From IMG/VR virus record IMGVR_UViG_2681813214_000004, positions 8,537 to 72,536 of that record: a stretch of DNA of 64,000 bases. The stretch is one strand, 5' to 3'. Below, in pieces: positions 55,036 through 63,788 of this stretch; the first letter of the stretch is position 1, and every line of letters begins with the position of its first letter. This stretch comes from a virus. Lineage: Duplodnaviria > Caudoviricetes. Below the pieces are notes generated by a model that saw only the letters and a list, made by a program, of their open reading frames with translations, did no database searches and was not told the origin of the DNA. A program made the translations under genes and the position numbers.

Positions 55036-55395
55036 GTGGGGTTGGTTGAGGCCGTAACAACGATAGTCGTGGCCCTTATTGCGGGCCTCGGTTACTGGTT
55101 AGGGCGGAAGTCGAAGAAGGAAACCAACCAAAACGATTTGACGGAGCTTCAACAGAAGGCCATCGAAGTGTTATTGGCGCCGCTGACGAAGCGTGTTGAG
55201 GATCTGGAGAAAGAGTTGGCTGAGGTTAGGGCTGCTCTTGAGTCTGAGCGTAGTGACCACGCCCACACGGATGCCCTGCTGGTTACTGCCACTGGGCATA
55301 TACGGGATGTTCATGGGGCGTGGCGCGCGGGTGTTCCTGATCCGCCTCCTGTTCCCGCTGTCCTGTTGTCGAGAGTTTTCCCTGAAGGTCGATAG
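55036..55395 (+). CDS. Lysis-cassette membrane protein (one TM plus coiled coil)
   Basis: N-terminal TM, heptad repeat, PPPVP motif. Confidence 0.7.
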   Translation: MGLVEAVTTIVVALIAGLGYWLGRKSKKETNQNDLTELQQKAIEVLLAPLTKRVEDLEKELAEVRAALESERSDHAHTDALLVTATGHIRDVHGAWRAGVPDPPPVPAVLLSRVFPEGR

Positions 55396-55397
55396 TT

Positions 55398-55655
55398 TTG
55401 TTGGTTGAAGTTTATACACCGAAAGATGTTCCGTGCCATAAATGCGCGGTGACGAAATCACGATTGGAGAAGGCTGGTGTTTCGTTCTCTGAGATTGTGG
55501 TGGACGACGAGTTGGCTGCGGTATTGCGCAGTGAGGGTTTTTCGTCGTTTCCGGTAGTTAAAGTCGATATGGGTGATGGCGCTACGTGGTCGTGGTGTGA
55601 TTTCCGGTTCGAAAATATTCGGCGGTTGCAGGATTTGTTTCTGAAAGCTGCGTGA
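55398..55655 (+). CDS. nrdH: NrdH-like glutaredoxin
   Basis: VYT...CHKC...TK..L...FPVV. Confidence 0.85.
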   Translation: MLVEVYTPKDVPCHKCAVTKSRLEKAGVSFSEIVVDDELAAVLRSEGFSSFPVVKVDMGDGATWSWCDFRFENIRRLQDLFLKAA

Positions 55656-55677
55656 TCTTGTCTGTGTTGAGCAGGCT

Positions 55678-55735
55678 GGGCGGGTCTAGTTCCCTTTTTC
55701 GGTTTCCCGAAGGGTTCTAGACCCGCCCCCTTTTT
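55678..55735 (+). terminator. Intrinsic terminator ending the late operon
   Basis: GGGCGGGTCTAG/CTAGACCCGCCC stem followed by CCTTTTT. Confidence 0.8.
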
Positions 55736-55742
55736 CTGTTTC

Positions 55743-56264
55743 TCAGCCCTGAAGGTGCAATACTTGTAGGGATTTATACTGATTTTCCGCATGCCATCGG
55801 GCTTCAATGTATGGATCGAGATCCAGGTACCTTTGTACCTCTTTCTGGTATTGGGCGTGCACGCAGGTTTGACAAGTATCCGGTTTAGCGTATGAATTCC
55901 ATATGTAGGAACTAATCGAGTCGGATGAATAGTGGAGTTCGGTCGCATACTTTCCGCATCTCGCGCAAATGTGGCCCTCGTTGAGTGCCACCAATTTTTG
56001 GGTAGACCAATGAATATCTAGTAGTTGCGGTAGGTCTATGGTGGCATATTTCAGCACGTCGTCGCTGTCTAGGTTTATGGGCGGGTAGTCGCCGTGCTGG
56101 GCTTCTTGTTTCCCGGACATAAGGTCGCGGTGTTGTGTCCATGCTTTCTTGACCATGCGAGTAGTGGTGTCGGCCCGCTCAGCGAACACATGAATTGTCA
56201 CGAGGAGAGCTACAAGCCCGACTGTAATTGCAACACATATGATGGCTATCACAGGATCACGCAC
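55743..56264 (-). CDS. Membrane-anchored protein with CxxC pair
   Basis: N-terminal TM; CARC...CQTC. Confidence 0.65.
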   Translation of the reverse strand: MRDPVIAIICVAITVGLVALLVTIHVFAERADTTTRMVKKAWTQHRDLMSGKQEAQHGDYPPINLDSDDVLKYATIDLPQLLDIHWSTQKLVALNEGHICARCGKYATELHYSSDSISSYIWNSYAKPDTCQTCVHAQYQKEVQRYLDLDPYIEARWHAENQYKSLQVLHLQG

Positions 56265-56286
56265 CGCCCGGTGTCTTGGTAGTCAG

Positions 56287-56481
56287 TCATGGCAAAGTCT
56301 CGGCTAGTAGTTCCACAAGCACTGGATAGACGGGAGTGATGTGGTGTTGAAGTTCCATTGAGACCGTCTCGGCACGGCAATCGGCTTCCATTGCTAGGGA
56401 TATGGCGTGTCTGAACACGCTCCTGAAACGCATGGGCGCGCCCTCCATTGCTACATGAAGCTTGTCGGTTGTGTCGCTCAT
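56287..56481 (-). CDS. Hypothetical protein
   Basis: GAGGTG RBS. Confidence 0.5.
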   Translation of the reverse strand: MSDTTDKLHVAMEGAPMRFRSVFRHAISLAMEADCRAETVSMELQHHITPVYPVLVELLAETLP

Positions 56482-56614
56482 TCGGTCACCTCAGGTACTC
56501 GGCGGGGGTAGGTGTGCTTACTGGTCGAGTCTCGGTGGTCTCCCTTGTGTTCCGGCTTTTTGTCGCATACATCGCAGCCGTACTGGGTGTCGTTGAACTC
56601 AAACCCGCAGATGC

Positions 56615-56851
56615 TCATTCAGTCTCCTCGGTCCAACCGGATACCCAACGTCCATGGTCGGTGACACCCAGGCGCCCCGCCATTTCCCGCTCAAGTCCCC
56701 CTAGGGCTTTATCTATCTCAGTAGACTGGTGTGCCGTCGCTTCTCCTACGTTCTCGAACGACTCTTTACATCCCGTGCAGATGAATTGATCTAGGTAGGC
56801 AACGCGGTGCTCACTGAGGACTTCCGCCATGAGCTTCCTTGCCTCGCTCAT
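56615..56851 (-). CDS. Hypothetical Zn-finger-like protein
   Basis: CTGC...H; GAGGAG RBS. Confidence 0.55.
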   Translation of the reverse strand: MSEARKLMAEVLSEHRVAYLDQFICTGCKESFENVGEATAHQSTEIDKALGGLEREMAGRLGVTDHGRWVSGWTEETE

Positions 56852-56867
56852 CGCTCTAGCTCCTCAG

Positions 56868-57197
56868 TCACAGGCCGACGACTGAAATAGGGAACGCACC
56901 AGGCGTGCTCTCGGTTACATCGAGCCAGGTGAATCTCCACTCTGGGGCGGGCTCAACGGTTACCGCCCACCGATGCTCTATATCGCTCGAATCGAACTCG
57001 GCTTCATCGGGGGGACAGCCTCCGACTTCAATGCAGTACTCCCGTAGCTGCCTTACGAATTCGTCATCGCGGTCATGGCCGTAGGTGTAGTACATGTCGC
57101 CGTTCTCATCCTCGGTGAACATGTATCGGTGTTTTTCGTCGTACTGTGTTTCGAAGTCTTCCGGCGTGAGTGGCGGGTAGACGCGTGTGATTGTCAT
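56868..57197 (-). CDS. Hypothetical protein
   Basis: GAGGAG RBS; ATGA overlap. Confidence 0.6.
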   Translation of the reverse strand: MTITRVYPPLTPEDFETQYDEKHRYMFTEDENGDMYYTYGHDRDDEFVRQLREYCIEVGGCPPDEAEFDSSDIEHRWAVTVEPAPEWRFTWLDVTESTPGAFPISVVGL

Positions 57198-57457
57198 TGG
57201 TTCAACTCCTCTGTCGAAAAGATCAAGGGGGCGAGGGATTCCAGTAGATCTTGCTGCTCGTACAGGTCTTCGGCGATAGCCGTAGCCATGGCTTTCCCGT
57301 ACCACTTACATATCGGCCTCAAAGCCTCACAGGCAGCGAATTCGCCGATCTCATCCACACCCGGAGAATGGGTGGTGGAGTCTGGATCAGCTGGTATCTG
57401 GCCACGGCAATATGCCTCCGACGTTCTTTTTGCCGCCTCTTCTGCAGGATCGCTCAT
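57194..57457 (-). CDS. MSDPAVEA-family small protein, copy 3
   Basis: MSDPAEEAAKR...AACEALRPI...FSTEEL. Confidence 0.65.
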   Translation of the reverse strand: MSDPAEEAAKRTSEAYCRGQIPADPDSTTHSPGVDEIGEFAACEALRPICKWYGKAMATAIAEDLYEQQDLLESLAPLIFSTEELNQ

Positions 57458-57702
57458 CGCTCTAGCTCCTCTGACGAATAGATGAACGGGGCCAATTCAG
57501 CGATGGCATAGTCAACGCCCTCTCCGAACTTTGGGTCATCCGTAGGTATATCCGCCTGTAACTCCCGGATCTTCTCCCTTATCGGCTTCAAAGCCTCACG
57601 GGCAGCGCGGGTGGCAACGTCCACCGCCGCCCCTGGTGGGTCGATGAACTGCCAAGCAGCACATTTGACCCGCTGGACTGCTTCTACTGCTGGATCGCTC
57701 AT
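57454..57702 (-). CDS. MSDPAVEA-family small protein, copy 2
   Basis: MSDPAVEAVQR...AAREALKPI...YSSEEL. Confidence 0.65.
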   Translation of the reverse strand: MSDPAVEAVQRVKCAAWQFIDPPGAAVDVATRAAREALKPIREKIRELQADIPTDDPKFGEGVDYAIAELAPFIYSSEELER

Positions 57703-57947
57703 AGTCCTAGTTCCTCACTTGGATAAACACGCTTCGCGGTCTCACAAGGCCAGTCGTCGTCACACTCCCAGCAGAACGGCCTTGGATCGGGGTTGCTTAG
57801 CGCATACGGAGCAGGCTTGTGTAGTTCCTGTACCGACTTAGCCATCTCAAGGGCAGCGGCTTCCATGATCTGCTGACGGGTTGCGTAAGACCGCTCGGGC
57901 AACGTGTCCCACGCCCGTTGTGCGGCTTCTACTGCTGGGTCAGTCAT
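57699..57947 (-). CDS. MSDPAVEA-family small protein, copy 1
   Basis: MTDPAVEAAQR...CWEC...WPCET...YPSEEL. Confidence 0.65.
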   Translation of the reverse strand: MTDPAVEAAQRAWDTLPERSYATRQQIMEAAALEMAKSVQELHKPAPYALSNPDPRPFCWECDDDWPCETAKRVYPSEELGL

Positions 57948-58144
57948 GACTCCTCCTCGCATCCGCACGTTGGGGTATGAAGGTCGCCATGCTTGCCGTC
58001 TATACCGACCGGCCGGTGCAGGTGCAGCAGTTCAACGAGATGCTTGATAGCCTCGCGGGTTGGTCGATCTGGCGCGTATACCGCTTGGGCGCAAAGTGCT
58101 TCTAGGAGTACTTTGGGGCGCCATCTATTCACGAAATAACTCAT
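57944..58144 (-). CDS. Hypothetical protein
   Basis: HRPVG.DGKHGDLHTPTCGC motif. Confidence 0.55.
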   Translation of the reverse strand: MSYFVNRWRPKVLLEALCAQAVYAPDRPTREAIKHLVELLHLHRPVGIDGKHGDLHTPTCGCEEES

Positions 58145-58320
58145 CGCCCACCTGCCGCGAATGCTGCGATAGCCTCAGCACCAGAGGGGGAGTGGTACTC
58201 GGGGTCAAAGTCATCGAATCCTGGCGTGGCCGGTGTAATCACTTGCCACGGCTCCGGGTATCCGTCCCACAGTGGCTCTTTGCGGATGATCCACTTCGTA
58301 CGCATCTCGATGTCGCTCAT
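58141..58320 (-). CDS. Hypothetical protein
   Basis: Coupled ORF. Confidence 0.5.
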   Translation of the reverse strand: MSDIEMRTKWIIRKEPLWDGYPEPWQVITPATPGFDDFDPEYHSPSGAEAIAAFAAGGR

Positions 58321-58712
58321 AGCTTCACCACGCCTCGCTTCGGCTGGTAATACCAACCCACGTATTGGTACGGAACCTCGGGGAATGCCTTCAGATACCC
58401 GTCGAGCATCCCCACAAGTTCACGGTGTCGATACGTCGTGACGGCGCTCCCGGTGATGAGCGTTTCCCCATCCCACTTAGCCTCGTAGGCGCCCCCGTAT
58501 CGCATATCAATCTTCTCAATAAACTCATCGAATGAATCGACCCGGCTTGCCGTCAGGGTTCCGTATGAAACGGTAGTGCGCCCATTCTTGCGACCAGCCC
58601 ATATTGCCGTGACTACCGACAGATAGTCCATGTAGTTTCTGAATGATTTCGGGATGAACGCGTATGGGGTTTGTGATGGCGCGAACTTATCCATCAACAC
58701 GAGACTGCTCAT
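58317..58712 (-). CDS. Hypothetical protein
   Basis: Coupled ORF. Confidence 0.6.
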   Translation of the reverse strand: MSSLVLMDKFAPSQTPYAFIPKSFRNYMDYLSVVTAIWAGRKNGRTTVSYGTLTASRVDSFDEFIEKIDMRYGGAYEAKWDGETLITGSAVTTYRHRELVGMLDGYLKAFPEVPYQYVGWYYQPKRGVVKL

Positions 58713-58903
58713 TCCGCCCCTCCTTTACCTGAGTGGTATTCGCAGAAGAATCCTGTAGGTGTGGGTGTCCATGAAAAGGACTGCGCGAGATTGTCGAATG
58801 CTGACTTTTCCACATCTGGTCCTTCGGCGAACACCGTCATGTGATTCCATCGAATGCAGTTTGGCGCTTCGCAGTGGAATGTGCGGGCGATCATGCCGCT
58901 CAT
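58709..58903 (-). CDS. Zn-finger-like small protein
   Basis: CEAPNC...CEYH. Confidence 0.55.
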   Translation of the reverse strand: MSGMIARTFHCEAPNCIRWNHMTVFAEGPDVEKSAFDNLAQSFSWTPTPTGFFCEYHSGKGGAE

Positions 58904-59067
58904 AGCTCCTCCGAATCATGTTCAGCTGGTACTAGCCCCGCCACCACCGCACACAGAAGTTCGATAGCAGTAGCTAGATTTCGGTTAGAGCTAGAAGTAG
59001 GGGGTGAAGCAGTCTTGGCCAACTCGGCTAGATAAATAGACTGTCTAATCTTGTGGTGGGCGCTCAC
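58900..59067 (-). CDS. Hypothetical protein
   Basis: GTGA coupling. Confidence 0.45.
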   Translation of the reverse strand: MSAHHKIRQSIYLAELAKTASPPTSSSNRNLATAIELLCAVVAGLVPAEHDSEEL

Positions 59068-59267
59068 GGCTTTTCCTTTCCGTCCAAATCGGACCGGCAC
59101 CACTTACACAAAGGGCGACCCCATGGGACGTTGCTTGTCATATCGAATTGAAGACCTCCAGTGCGGCCACAGATCGGTTCCATGGTCTTATTACCGAACT
59201 GGTCAAACCGGCATAGGTGTACAACTCGGCGAAGGGAGCCTTTACCGCGTTTCAGTAGGTAGGTCAC
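59064..59267 (-). CDS. Zn-finger-like small protein
   Basis: H...C...CKWC. Confidence 0.5.
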   Translation of the reverse strand: MTYLLKRGKGSLRRVVHLCRFDQFGNKTMEPICGRTGGLQFDMTSNVPWGRPLCKWCRSDLDGKEKP

Positions 59268-59488
59268 GGCTTTTCCTCTCCACCGGTAGAAATAACCTGG
59301 AACGGGCGCCCGTTGTTGTAGTGCCACATCGTCTCGCTAGACCAAGGCACAGGAAACGAGGAAGCACCCCTAAACCACCCGTTTTCCTCCTTGACCCAAA
59401 TAAGCAGTTCGCCCTCGAATGCGATCCGACTACCCACCGGCAGTGACCCGAGTTTGATTGGCGACTTGTAGAACTTGGGTTTAGGCAT
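59264..59488 (-). CDS. Hypothetical protein
   Basis: Coupled ORF. Confidence 0.5.
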   Translation of the reverse strand: MPKPKFYKSPIKLGSLPVGSRIAFEGELLIWVKEENGWFRGASSFPVPWSSETMWHYNNGRPFQVISTGGEEKP

Positions 59489-59843
59489 CTGTCTCTCCAC
59501 CGGTAGAACCATCAGCGGCAGCGGCAGCAGCGAGGAACCTGCCCGCGATAGAACGTGACTGATCCGGCGTCAAATCGTACCCATCGCTGAAAATCTTGGG
59601 CGGCCCAAACTTGTCAAACTGGACACAGATGGTTCCAACTCGGTTATCGCCGAATTTCACGAGTCTAAAGAAACGCTCATCCGGCTCCGGCAGCTCTACT
59701 AGCTCAATGCGTTTGGCCTTGAGCACCTCCAGAATGGCCGCTGCTGCAGCTTCTCCTGAGCAGCCCGCAGGGTAGTAACCATCACTCTCTAGGTATTGGA
59801 AGTACTGTTCAGCGGCTTCGGCCAATGCCTCTAGTGCGCTCAC
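59481..59843 (-). CDS. Hypothetical protein
   Basis: IELVELPEPD...AGRFLAAA, common in mycobacterial prophages. Confidence 0.6.
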   Translation of the reverse strand: MSALEALAEAAEQYFQYLESDGYYPAGCSGEAAAAAILEVLKAKRIELVELPEPDERFFRLVKFGDNRVGTICVQFDKFGPPKIFSDGYDLTPDQSRSIAGRFLAAAAAADGSTGGETDA

Positions 59844-59967
59844 TGTTTTTCCTCAGATATGCAGATAGAAGTCCCAAAGCCTAAGAAACGCACACTCACT
59901 GCTTCTAATTCGGCCGATCGGTGGCGGGGCAACGTCGCCCGCTGAGTCATCTCGAATGCCTCTTTGC

Positions 59968-60216
59968 TCACTGTTTGTCCCCTGTCTCTACTTGCAGATC
60001 GGCAGCGGGCGAGAACTTGACCCATGACCAAAACTTCATCTCTTCTAGGGTTACGACATCACCGTCATCATCCATGAACAGATCTCCATTACGGATATAG
60101 CCGAGTTTCCGCACGGGGTGCACGAGGTCATCAAACTGCGGGACAACCCGCACACCCTGTGGGATTTCATGGAATGCGTATTCGCCCGGGTAGATACCTC
60201 GCAGGTAGTCGCTCAT
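59968..60216 (-). CDS. Hypothetical protein
   Basis: Coupled ORF. Confidence 0.55.
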   Translation of the reverse strand: MSDYLRGIYPGEYAFHEIPQGVRVVPQFDDLVHPVRKLGYIRNGDLFMDDDGDVVTLEEMKFWSWVKFSPAADLQVETGDKQ

Positions 60217-60518
60217 CTCCCGCTCTCCTCTACAGGCTCATAGGTCCGAGCGAAAATGTCTGGTTTGCACGGGTAGAACTCACCGGCAACACCCTCAATA
60301 ACCCAGTCGTACGGGGAAACCTCCATGGTTCCCTCAAGGGTGTCGATTTCGAGACAACCCCAGTCCTCGCCGTGTGGTCCGCATCCACCAGCCACATCGG
60401 AGTCATAGCTGCCGTCGCACCATTCGGCGATTTCCTCGGCAAGTTGTTCCGGTAGATCCGACACCCACTGCGCCGCCCGGATAACGACGGGCCTCTTACG
60501 GAATTCTTGGATGATCAT
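60213..60518 (-). CDS. Widely conserved phage protein
   Basis: FRKRPVVIRAAQW...IDTLEG...DWVI.GV.GEFYPCKPDIF..TYE. Confidence 0.8.
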   Translation of the reverse strand: MIIQEFRKRPVVIRAAQWVSDLPEQLAEEIAEWCDGSYDSDVAGGCGPHGEDWGCLEIDTLEGTMEVSPYDWVIEGVAGEFYPCKPDIFARTYEPVEESGR

Positions 60519-60790
60519 TTGTTCTCCTCTACAGCTCTCGATGCGGCAGCGGAGCCCTCATCGCAACTCTTATGCCAGACAATGTTTTCCCACTCCTGCC
60601 CGCGAGCGTCATCGGACATCCATAGGTATTTGGGCCTAATCAGGTTGTAGACATCCACACCGTCGTCAATTTCCTCACCGCACGCTTCGCATTCCGTGGG
60701 TGTCCAGGTGGCGCAGTTGCAGGTGTCGGGGTTCATGCTGGAGCAGCCAGAAAATCCGTATGCGGCTGGCCAGAGAAACACGTCACTCAC
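60515..60790 (-). CDS. Cys-rich hypothetical protein
   Basis: CEAC...HKSC. Confidence 0.55.
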   Translation of the reverse strand: MSDVFLWPAAYGFSGCSSMNPDTCNCATWTPTECEACGEEIDDGVDVYNLIRPKYLWMSDDARGQEWENIVWHKSCDEGSAAASRAVEENK

Positions 60791-61130
60791 GCCCGCTCTC
60801 CTCTACTTGCAGTGCATCCCAAAGACGCTGAAGAGTGGCAGTGGAGTAGGAGCTATCCCCGGACTGGAAGTACAGGCCAGCTTGGCGGATGTCTTTTATT
60901 AGAGCGCCACGGCGCTGACGTTCGGACCAATCCTCAAGGGTGTAGATAATGTCCCCGTACCCACACTGGTTGTCGCCCCGTCCGGTCTCGATGTTGAACC
61001 GTCTTTCGCGGCCCCATTGAGTGACGTAAACATACTTGCGGGCTACCCGAGTAACGGGCGCCTCAACTGGTCCCCGGCAGTTTTCCACGAGCATTACGTT
61101 CTGTCCGACATGCCACTTAGATTCACTCAC
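60783..61130 (-). CDS. Beta-barrel-type hypothetical protein
   Basis: W.VGQ.V...VTRVARKYVYV. Confidence 0.6.
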   Translation of the reverse strand: MSESKWHVGQNVMLVENCRGPVEAPVTRVARKYVYVTQWGRERRFNIETGRGDNQCGYGDIIYTLEDWSERQRRGALIKDIRQAGLYFQSGDSSYSTATLQRLWDALQVEESGRE

Positions 61131-61437
61131 CGGACTCTCCTTGCAGTGCTTCCTGAAGGGCCGCGACAGATTCACGTGCATACCGAGCCGCTTCATCGGC
61201 GTCCGCGCAGAACCACACACCGCCCGTTTCCATACCAGGGCCTTCACTAATGCCCAGAGCGTCAGCGACTTCGCGCTGCCACCGCCCCAGCTTCTCTGCT
61301 TCTTCGATGAGTTCGGGAAGCAACTCATATGCACGGGAGAATCTGTCGTACTCCTCCCAGCCGCACTCGGAAACGCCGCAATCTCGGCACACCTTCGTTT
61401 CTATGAGCGCCTTGGCGCGTTCAGTCAGTTCACTCAT
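61123..61437 (-). CDS. Hypothetical protein
   Basis: Coupled ORF. Confidence 0.55.
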   Translation of the reverse strand: MSELTERAKALIETKVCRDCGVSECGWEEYDRFSRAYELLPELIEEAEKLGRWQREVADALGISEGPGMETGGVWFCADADEAARYARESVAALQEALQGESGE

Positions 61438-61529
61438 GGGTCAGCTCCCGCCATGGCTCCATCGCAAGCTCGTGAATCTGCTCGTTGGTTAATCCGGCGA
61501 ATGCTGCCCGGATAGCGTTCTCTATCGCC

Positions 61530-61700
61530 TCACTCATAGATCGTTCCTTGCGGTGCGGTGTAGATGGTGATGCTGAGTTCCGGGCCTTGCTCTAGATACA
61601 ACCGTGAGTTCCCAAGAATCAGGGGCTCAGCCGGGGCTTTCAGCCAGCCGATCAGGTCCCTGCGTTCTGTAATTGATAGCTCAATGATGTGCTCACTCAC
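61530..61700 (-). CDS. Hypothetical protein
   Basis: GTG start with AGGAGG RBS. Confidence 0.45.
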   Translation of the reverse strand: MSEHIIELSITERRDLIGWLKAPAEPLILGNSRLYLEQGPELSITIYTAPQGTIYE

Positions 61701-62064
61701 TGGTTTCCTCCTGTACATCCCGCGACCAGCTAGAGATGATGCGAGAGCCGGGAGTCCAGAGATCCGCATTCGTGTACCGCTGGGGTATTCGACGTTCAAC
61801 CGATGCTTTTGAACCGCAGACGGTTTGTTCGTCATGGAAGACGCCTTTGTATCCGGCCATGTCTTGCCTCCGGCATGCCGCCCACTCCAGCTCTAAACCA
61901 AGAGAGGCAATCAACGAGGAAGCAATCGCGGGAATCTCGACATATCCGTCAAGGCTGAAAAGGCCGTCCTTGGTTACTGCGTAACATTGCTGTTCGCTAG
62001 CCTCTGCTGCCGCCTCCAGGGCTTTCCCCAGCGCTTCGGCTATCCGTTCCTGTAGAGAAGTCAT
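61693..62064 (-). CDS. Hypothetical protein
   Basis: Coupled ORF. Confidence 0.55.
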   Translation of the reverse strand: MTSLQERIAEALGKALEAAAEASEQQCYAVTKDGLFSLDGYVEIPAIASSLIASLGLELEWAACRRQDMAGYKGVFHDEQTVCGSKASVERRIPQRYTNADLWTPGSRIISSWSRDVQEETSE

Positions 62065-62297
62065 AGAGTCTCCAGACTTAGATCACCTAGTGCGAAAGCG
62101 GCTTTTAGGTCGGCCAGATTCATGCCCTCCAGCTCCGTCCAGCACCCGCATTTGTTTGCATACGAATCCAGCTGTCCACATTGATCGCATAACCATGGCG
62201 GGCACTTGTCGCAATGCTCGGGGATAGGTTCATCGGCTGTCCGTGGATCCCCGCATCCGCGACAAGCCCTCGGCTGTTCCTGTAGAGAGTCAGACAT
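62061..62297 (-). CDS. Cys-rich Zn-finger protein
   Basis: CRGC, CDKC, CDQC and CGC motifs. Confidence 0.55.
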   Translation of the reverse strand: MSDSLQEQPRACRGCGDPRTADEPIPEHCDKCPPWLCDQCGQLDSYANKCGCWTELEGMNLADLKAAFALGDLSLETL

Positions 62298-62451
62298 CGT
62301 GGGTGCCCTTCCAAGATGTCTCAATAGAGCCCCCGAGGGATCGGCAGAACTTCCGGAACTTCTCGTCAGCCTCACCGGAGTCCACATACACCGTGTATTC
62401 CTCGTAGGTTTCTGGAAGCTTTGCGCCTGGAACAAAATCGTGGTCAGACAT
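62290..62451 (-). CDS. Hypothetical protein
   Basis: Coupled ORF. Confidence 0.45.
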   Translation of the reverse strand: MSDHDFVPGAKLPETYEEYTVYVDSGEADEKFRKFCRSLGGSIETSWKGTHDV

Positions 62452-62568
62452 CGCCGTCCTCTTCCGCCATTTCCTCATCGATCTGCCTGTTCAAATCCAG
62501 AACATTTCGATCACCAGGACTAACCGTAGGAACGAAACCGGGGCGCTGCGGCTGACCAGCCAAAACAC

Positions 62569-62925
62569 TCACAGCGACCTACCTTTAGCGGACGCCATCT
62601 CGGGGCAATAAGCGGCCATCGCGGCATTCAGAAGAGCCGACGACTCAGGGCGCGTAAAACCCATATTCATGAGCTTCGTGGCAGTGATCCTGTTCGGGGT
62701 GCCGGACCTCAACTCGTTACAGGTTTGGATACCCAACGACCTCACAGCGGGCGGATTGAGAACCGCCACGTCCTGCTGCTCAAGGGCCGTGTAGAACGCG
62801 TCGTCCTGATTCGGATCAGCGTGAGAGGTGGGGGAGGCGATGAGCATCCCCGTGACGGCTGCCACGATTCCGGCAGCGACGAGTGGGAGTGGCGGGCGGG
62901 GTTTCCGCCCACGAGTAGGTAGCAT
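62569..62925 (-). CDS. DUF732-family secreted protein
   Basis: Signal peptide ending SHA-DP; QDDAF...L...G..TC..L..G...AAM.AYCP. Confidence 0.85.
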   Translation of the reverse strand: MLPTRGRKPRPPLPLVAAGIVAAVTGMLIASPTSHADPNQDDAFYTALEQQDVAVLNPPAVRSLGIQTCNELRSGTPNRITATKLMNMGFTRPESSALLNAAMAAYCPEMASAKGRSL

Positions 62926-62952
62926 GATGAAGCCTTCCTTCGGGTTGGTGGC

Positions 62953-62999
62953 CCAGGTGGTCGGCTCAAGGTTCCTAAGCTGTGAGGCCGACCACCTGG
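62953..62999. terminator. Strong hairpin between lsr2 and the DUF732 gene
   Basis: CCAGGTGGTCGGC/GCCGACCACCTGG 13-bp stem. Confidence 0.55.
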
Positions 63000-63036
63000 T
63001 GGTCAAAAACGCTATTCAGTTATTTGAAGACTGTGT

Positions 63037-63375
63037 TCAGTTAGCGGCAGTGAATGCTTCAAAAACCGTTTCGGGGATTCGTCCCCTGGAAGAAATGGTG
63101 TGGCCGTTCTTCGCGGCCCATTCCCTGATGGCGACCGATTGAGCCCTGTCGATCTTGGCCCTTGGCCTTCCGCTGGACGGCCTTCCGGTGCGTCGCCTGC
63201 CGGAAACACGCCTTGCGTGATCAATCCAGGGCTGGAGTTGTTTCCTGAGTTTGTCGCCGTTCTTCGTGGAGAGATCAATTTCGTAGGTTACGCCGTCGAT
63301 GGCGAACTCCACGGTCCCCTCTGCCGGAGATTCGTCTATGTCATCCACGAAGGTGACGTTCACTTTCTTAGCCAC
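63037..63375 (-). CDS. lsr2: Lsr2 nucleoid-associated protein
   Basis: [13 protein letters not shown]...[15 protein letters not shown]...[15 protein letters not shown]; GAAAGGA RBS with GTG start. Confidence 0.95.
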   Translation of the reverse strand: MAKKVNVTFVDDIDESPAEGTVEFAIDGVTYEIDLSTKNGDKLRKQLQPWIDHARRVSGRRRTGRPSSGRPRAKIDRAQSVAIREWAAKNGHTISSRGRIPETVFEAFTAAN

Positions 63376-63412
63376 GATGGTTCCTTTCATCTGTGCTGCG
63401 TGGTTGAAAAGA

Positions 63413-63442
63413 ACTTTATGTTTACGGGAATGGAATTGTCAA
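63413..63442 (-). promoter_or_regulatory. SigA-type promoter for lsr2
   Basis: TTGACA-18 nt-TAAAGT on the minus strand in an AT-rich gap. Confidence 0.7.
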
Positions 63443-63491
63443 TAAGATTCTTTTAAGAAGAGTGGATGTGTCTCTCTAGTCACAGAAATCA

Positions 63492-63788
63492 CTATTGCTG
63501 TAGTGTAACTATCACAGAGTTGTAGTACTCCATCTGGGCTTCGTACGTCCTCATCGCCCTGCAATGGGCGCCTTCTAGCCCCATGTTGCGGTGATGCTCA
63601 TCTAGATAGTCCCAGGGTCGAGTCTTATCCTCGTACTCGTATTCAGGCTCTACAGGACACGCGGGAGCTGGGATGTCGATCCACGCTTTACCGTCTGTGA
63701 ATATCCGAGTGAAGTCGTCACTCATTGGTTCCCCATCAACGTAGTGTCCCATCAGCCGCCCAAGTTTGGTCAGCTTCGACTCACGCAT
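63492..63788 (-). CDS. Hypothetical protein
   Basis: TAATG coupling to the upstream ORF. Confidence 0.55.
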   Translation of the reverse strand: MRESKLTKLGRLMGHYVDGEPMSDDFTRIFTDGKAWIDIPAPACPVEPEYEYEDKTRPWDYLDEHHRNMGLEGAHCRAMRTYEAQMEYYNSVIVTLQQ

